From Antechinus flavipes (Eukaryota): DNA of 64,000 nucleotides. The stretch lies in NCBI RefSeq assembly GCF_016432865.1, contig NC_067399.1:218984001-219048000 (forward strand), read 5' to 3'. Positions 61,641 to 64,000 of the stretch are shown here, piece after piece. Within the stretch, counting starts at the first letter, position 1. Each line of letters begins with the position of its first letter. The notes beneath the pieces were generated by a model. The model had not been told where the DNA came from. It did no database searches and was given only the letters and a program-made list of their open reading frames with translations. The position numbers and the translations under genes were made by a program.

Positions 61641-64000
61641 AGACTTGTAAATCTCCAACTTGAAGATTTTCTGATTCTGATCTTTCCAAGCACTATACCA
61701 GCTGGAATCAAAGCCAGAACTAGAAAGCCCAAATACCTCTTCATACCTCCTCTCAAAGAGCATACTTGTTTACAAAAAGGATTCCTTTTAAAAAATGCCC
61801 CACTTAAATTCTCAAGTTGAACATTAGGTATCCCAAGGGTTGAACTACTGGCTCCTTTTCCTCACTCTGCATAGAGTTCTCCTTGGTGCTATGCACAAAC
61901 CACGTCACTGGGAGTCCTCAGGAAGATCTTTATACCAGCCACCAAAAATGTTCCTTGCTCATACTTCCATGATCCAAGGACTTCTGCCATTATTGAGGGG
62001 GTTCCTTCCATATTACAAATTGCAGCCCTATCTCCAATTCTTATAAACAATCTCCATGAATTTTCTCAGCAACAGATATGCACCCAGTGACACACCTTCT
62101 AGCGATGAGTCCTTCTGGATCTGTCCAGGCTGCTCCCAGCTTGGCAGAGTATCTTGCATATGGTAGGCACTTAATAAGAGCTGCTAGGTGTTGCTATAGT
62201 GCACAAAGTGTTGCGCCGGGAGTTAGGAAGACTCATCTTCGAGAGTTCAAATCTGACTTCAGATACTTCCTAGCTGTGTGACCCTGTTTGCCTCAGTTGT
62301 CCCATCTGTTAAATGAGCTGGAGAAAGCAATGGCAAACCATTTTTTCAAAGAAAACCTAAATTGGGATCATTTAGAATCGAATATGACTAAAACAGCTAA
62401 GTAACAACAACAGCAACAACAAAAAGTCACTTAAGAAATGTTTATTAAATTAAATTATTCCTTCAAAAGCATACAGCCTGTGGCCAACATTTTTTTCACA
62501 GAATTATTATAAGTATCAAATAAATGACAGATCAAAAAGCACACAGCACAGTGCTAGGCACATAGTAGGTACTACATAAATAAATGTTTAATCCTTTTCT
62601 TTCTCCCTAAGTATAATAATCACAAAAACAGAACTCACCTTAAAATATATTAGAATTTGAATTCATAAGAACTAAAAAAGAAAAAAGGGGGGGGTTCTTA
62701 TTGAAGGGAAACTATATACACACAAGTTCTTCATTCTCTAGTAATGTTGCTAACTTAAATGTTCAGTGCAGAAAGGAAAGAAAATAGGATGCTGTAAGAA
62801 CTTTCTAGTATTACAGTCTTGGAGCATGGACTGGGGTACTATGAGATTGAATGCCTTGCCCCAAGATCACACAGTCAATAAATTTAGAATTGGGACACAA
62901 ACCCATGACTTCCTGACCTTAACACTGGCTTATGTATCTATTAATACATTGTCTTTCATGGACCTAATTATGACAACTAAATTTCAATAGGTCTACTTTG
63001 TGTAGAGTTTACATTAAGTTGTTCTTCAGGGACAAGGCCTTAATCATTGTATTAGGAATCACTTTTTGGTCAAAAACAAAACAAAAACAAAAACAAAAAA
63101 ACCTTTTTTGGCCCTAGAGTCAAATGTGACCTCAGATATCTATTAGCTGTGTGATCCAGGGCAAGTCACTTAACCCTGATTGCTGCCAAGACATCAATAA
63201 AAAAACAATAAAATAACAATAAAAATCTGGATCCAAATCCTACCTTTGATACCTACTGGCTGTGTAGCTTCACTGGATTTGGAATCTTCAAGCTGAGGAT
63301 GACTGACCATTTGTGGGGAATGTTATAGTGAAGTGATTGTCTTAGTTTTTCATGGTGAAGATGGCTTCTGGGAGTCTCCTCTAACTGTTAAATTTTATGA
63401 TGCTAAACTAAATCAAGACACTTGGCTACCAGTTCTCGGCTCTGCTGCTATTTAGTTCTGTGACTTTGATTAATCTCCTTTCCCCTCTAGACCTCAGTTT
63501 CCTCCTCCTGGAAAATCAGAGAATTTGATTCAGTGACACCGATGAATGTTTTGTGATTTGAAAGTGAACAATTCTAAGCAGGAAAAAGCTCCCATCATCA
63601 AAAAGAACTTAGCTAACCTGTTCTCCTCAGCTTCTTGGGAACACAAGATTAACTCGAATTGCAAATTTCCTAGAAGCTCCATCACTAAACCACAGGGGTT
63701 CCCGAATAGCCAACTTTCCTGTGACAGATAAAAATTACAGTCGTTGTTCTGGACCAAATCAAGGAGAAGTCATTACACAGAAATAATTATGCTGCGTTAC
63801 GACTGGTTGCTCTCGATTTTTGTCTAGTGATTGTCTTACAAATTACCTCTGCCTTTTCCTCATAGAGCATAAAAATTCAGAGGCCTGGGAATGCAAAATA
63901 AATCTACCAAATACAATTTTGCAGCTTTCCACAAAAGGACAGCTAGAGGGTCACCGAGCTCTGATTCTCATTTTATGATTCTTCTATATTTTAAAACAAA

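Noticed and set aside
63847-63884. Possible 38-nt minus-strand micro-exon
   Set aside because: Plausible splice sites, but chance-level without transcript data.

Overview
Mammalian, almost certainly Australian marsupial, genomic DNA. WSINE1-, MAR1- and OC1-like repeats point to a dasyurid such as the Tasmanian devil; the species is an inference. The window holds the complete coding region of HPCAL1 (hippocalcin-like 1 / VILIP-3) on the minus strand: 3 coding exons (21215-21592, 17617-17722, 9367-9464), 582 nt, 193 aa, all GT-AG, with a 3' UTR of about 1.1 kb. There is no CpG island or first exon, so the promoter probably lies beyond the right edge and everything right of 21617 is probably 5' intron. 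The rest is AT-rich intron or intergenic DNA full of MIR/MAR1/WSINE1 SINEs, L1/L2/L3/RTE fragments, hAT MITEs, a probable solo LTR and one 141-N gap. I found no convincing new biological system. The best leads are: a candidate 83-nt 5' UTR exon creating an overlapping uORF; a candidate 49-nt stop-containing cassette exon just before the last exon; a tail-less internal L1 RT fragment with a 10-bp target duplication; an intact OC1-like hAT MITE; a 44-bp near-perfect inverted repeat; and several local duplications and nested insertions. Repeat family names come from recalled consensus motifs, not a database search, and repeat boundaries without a TSD are approximate.
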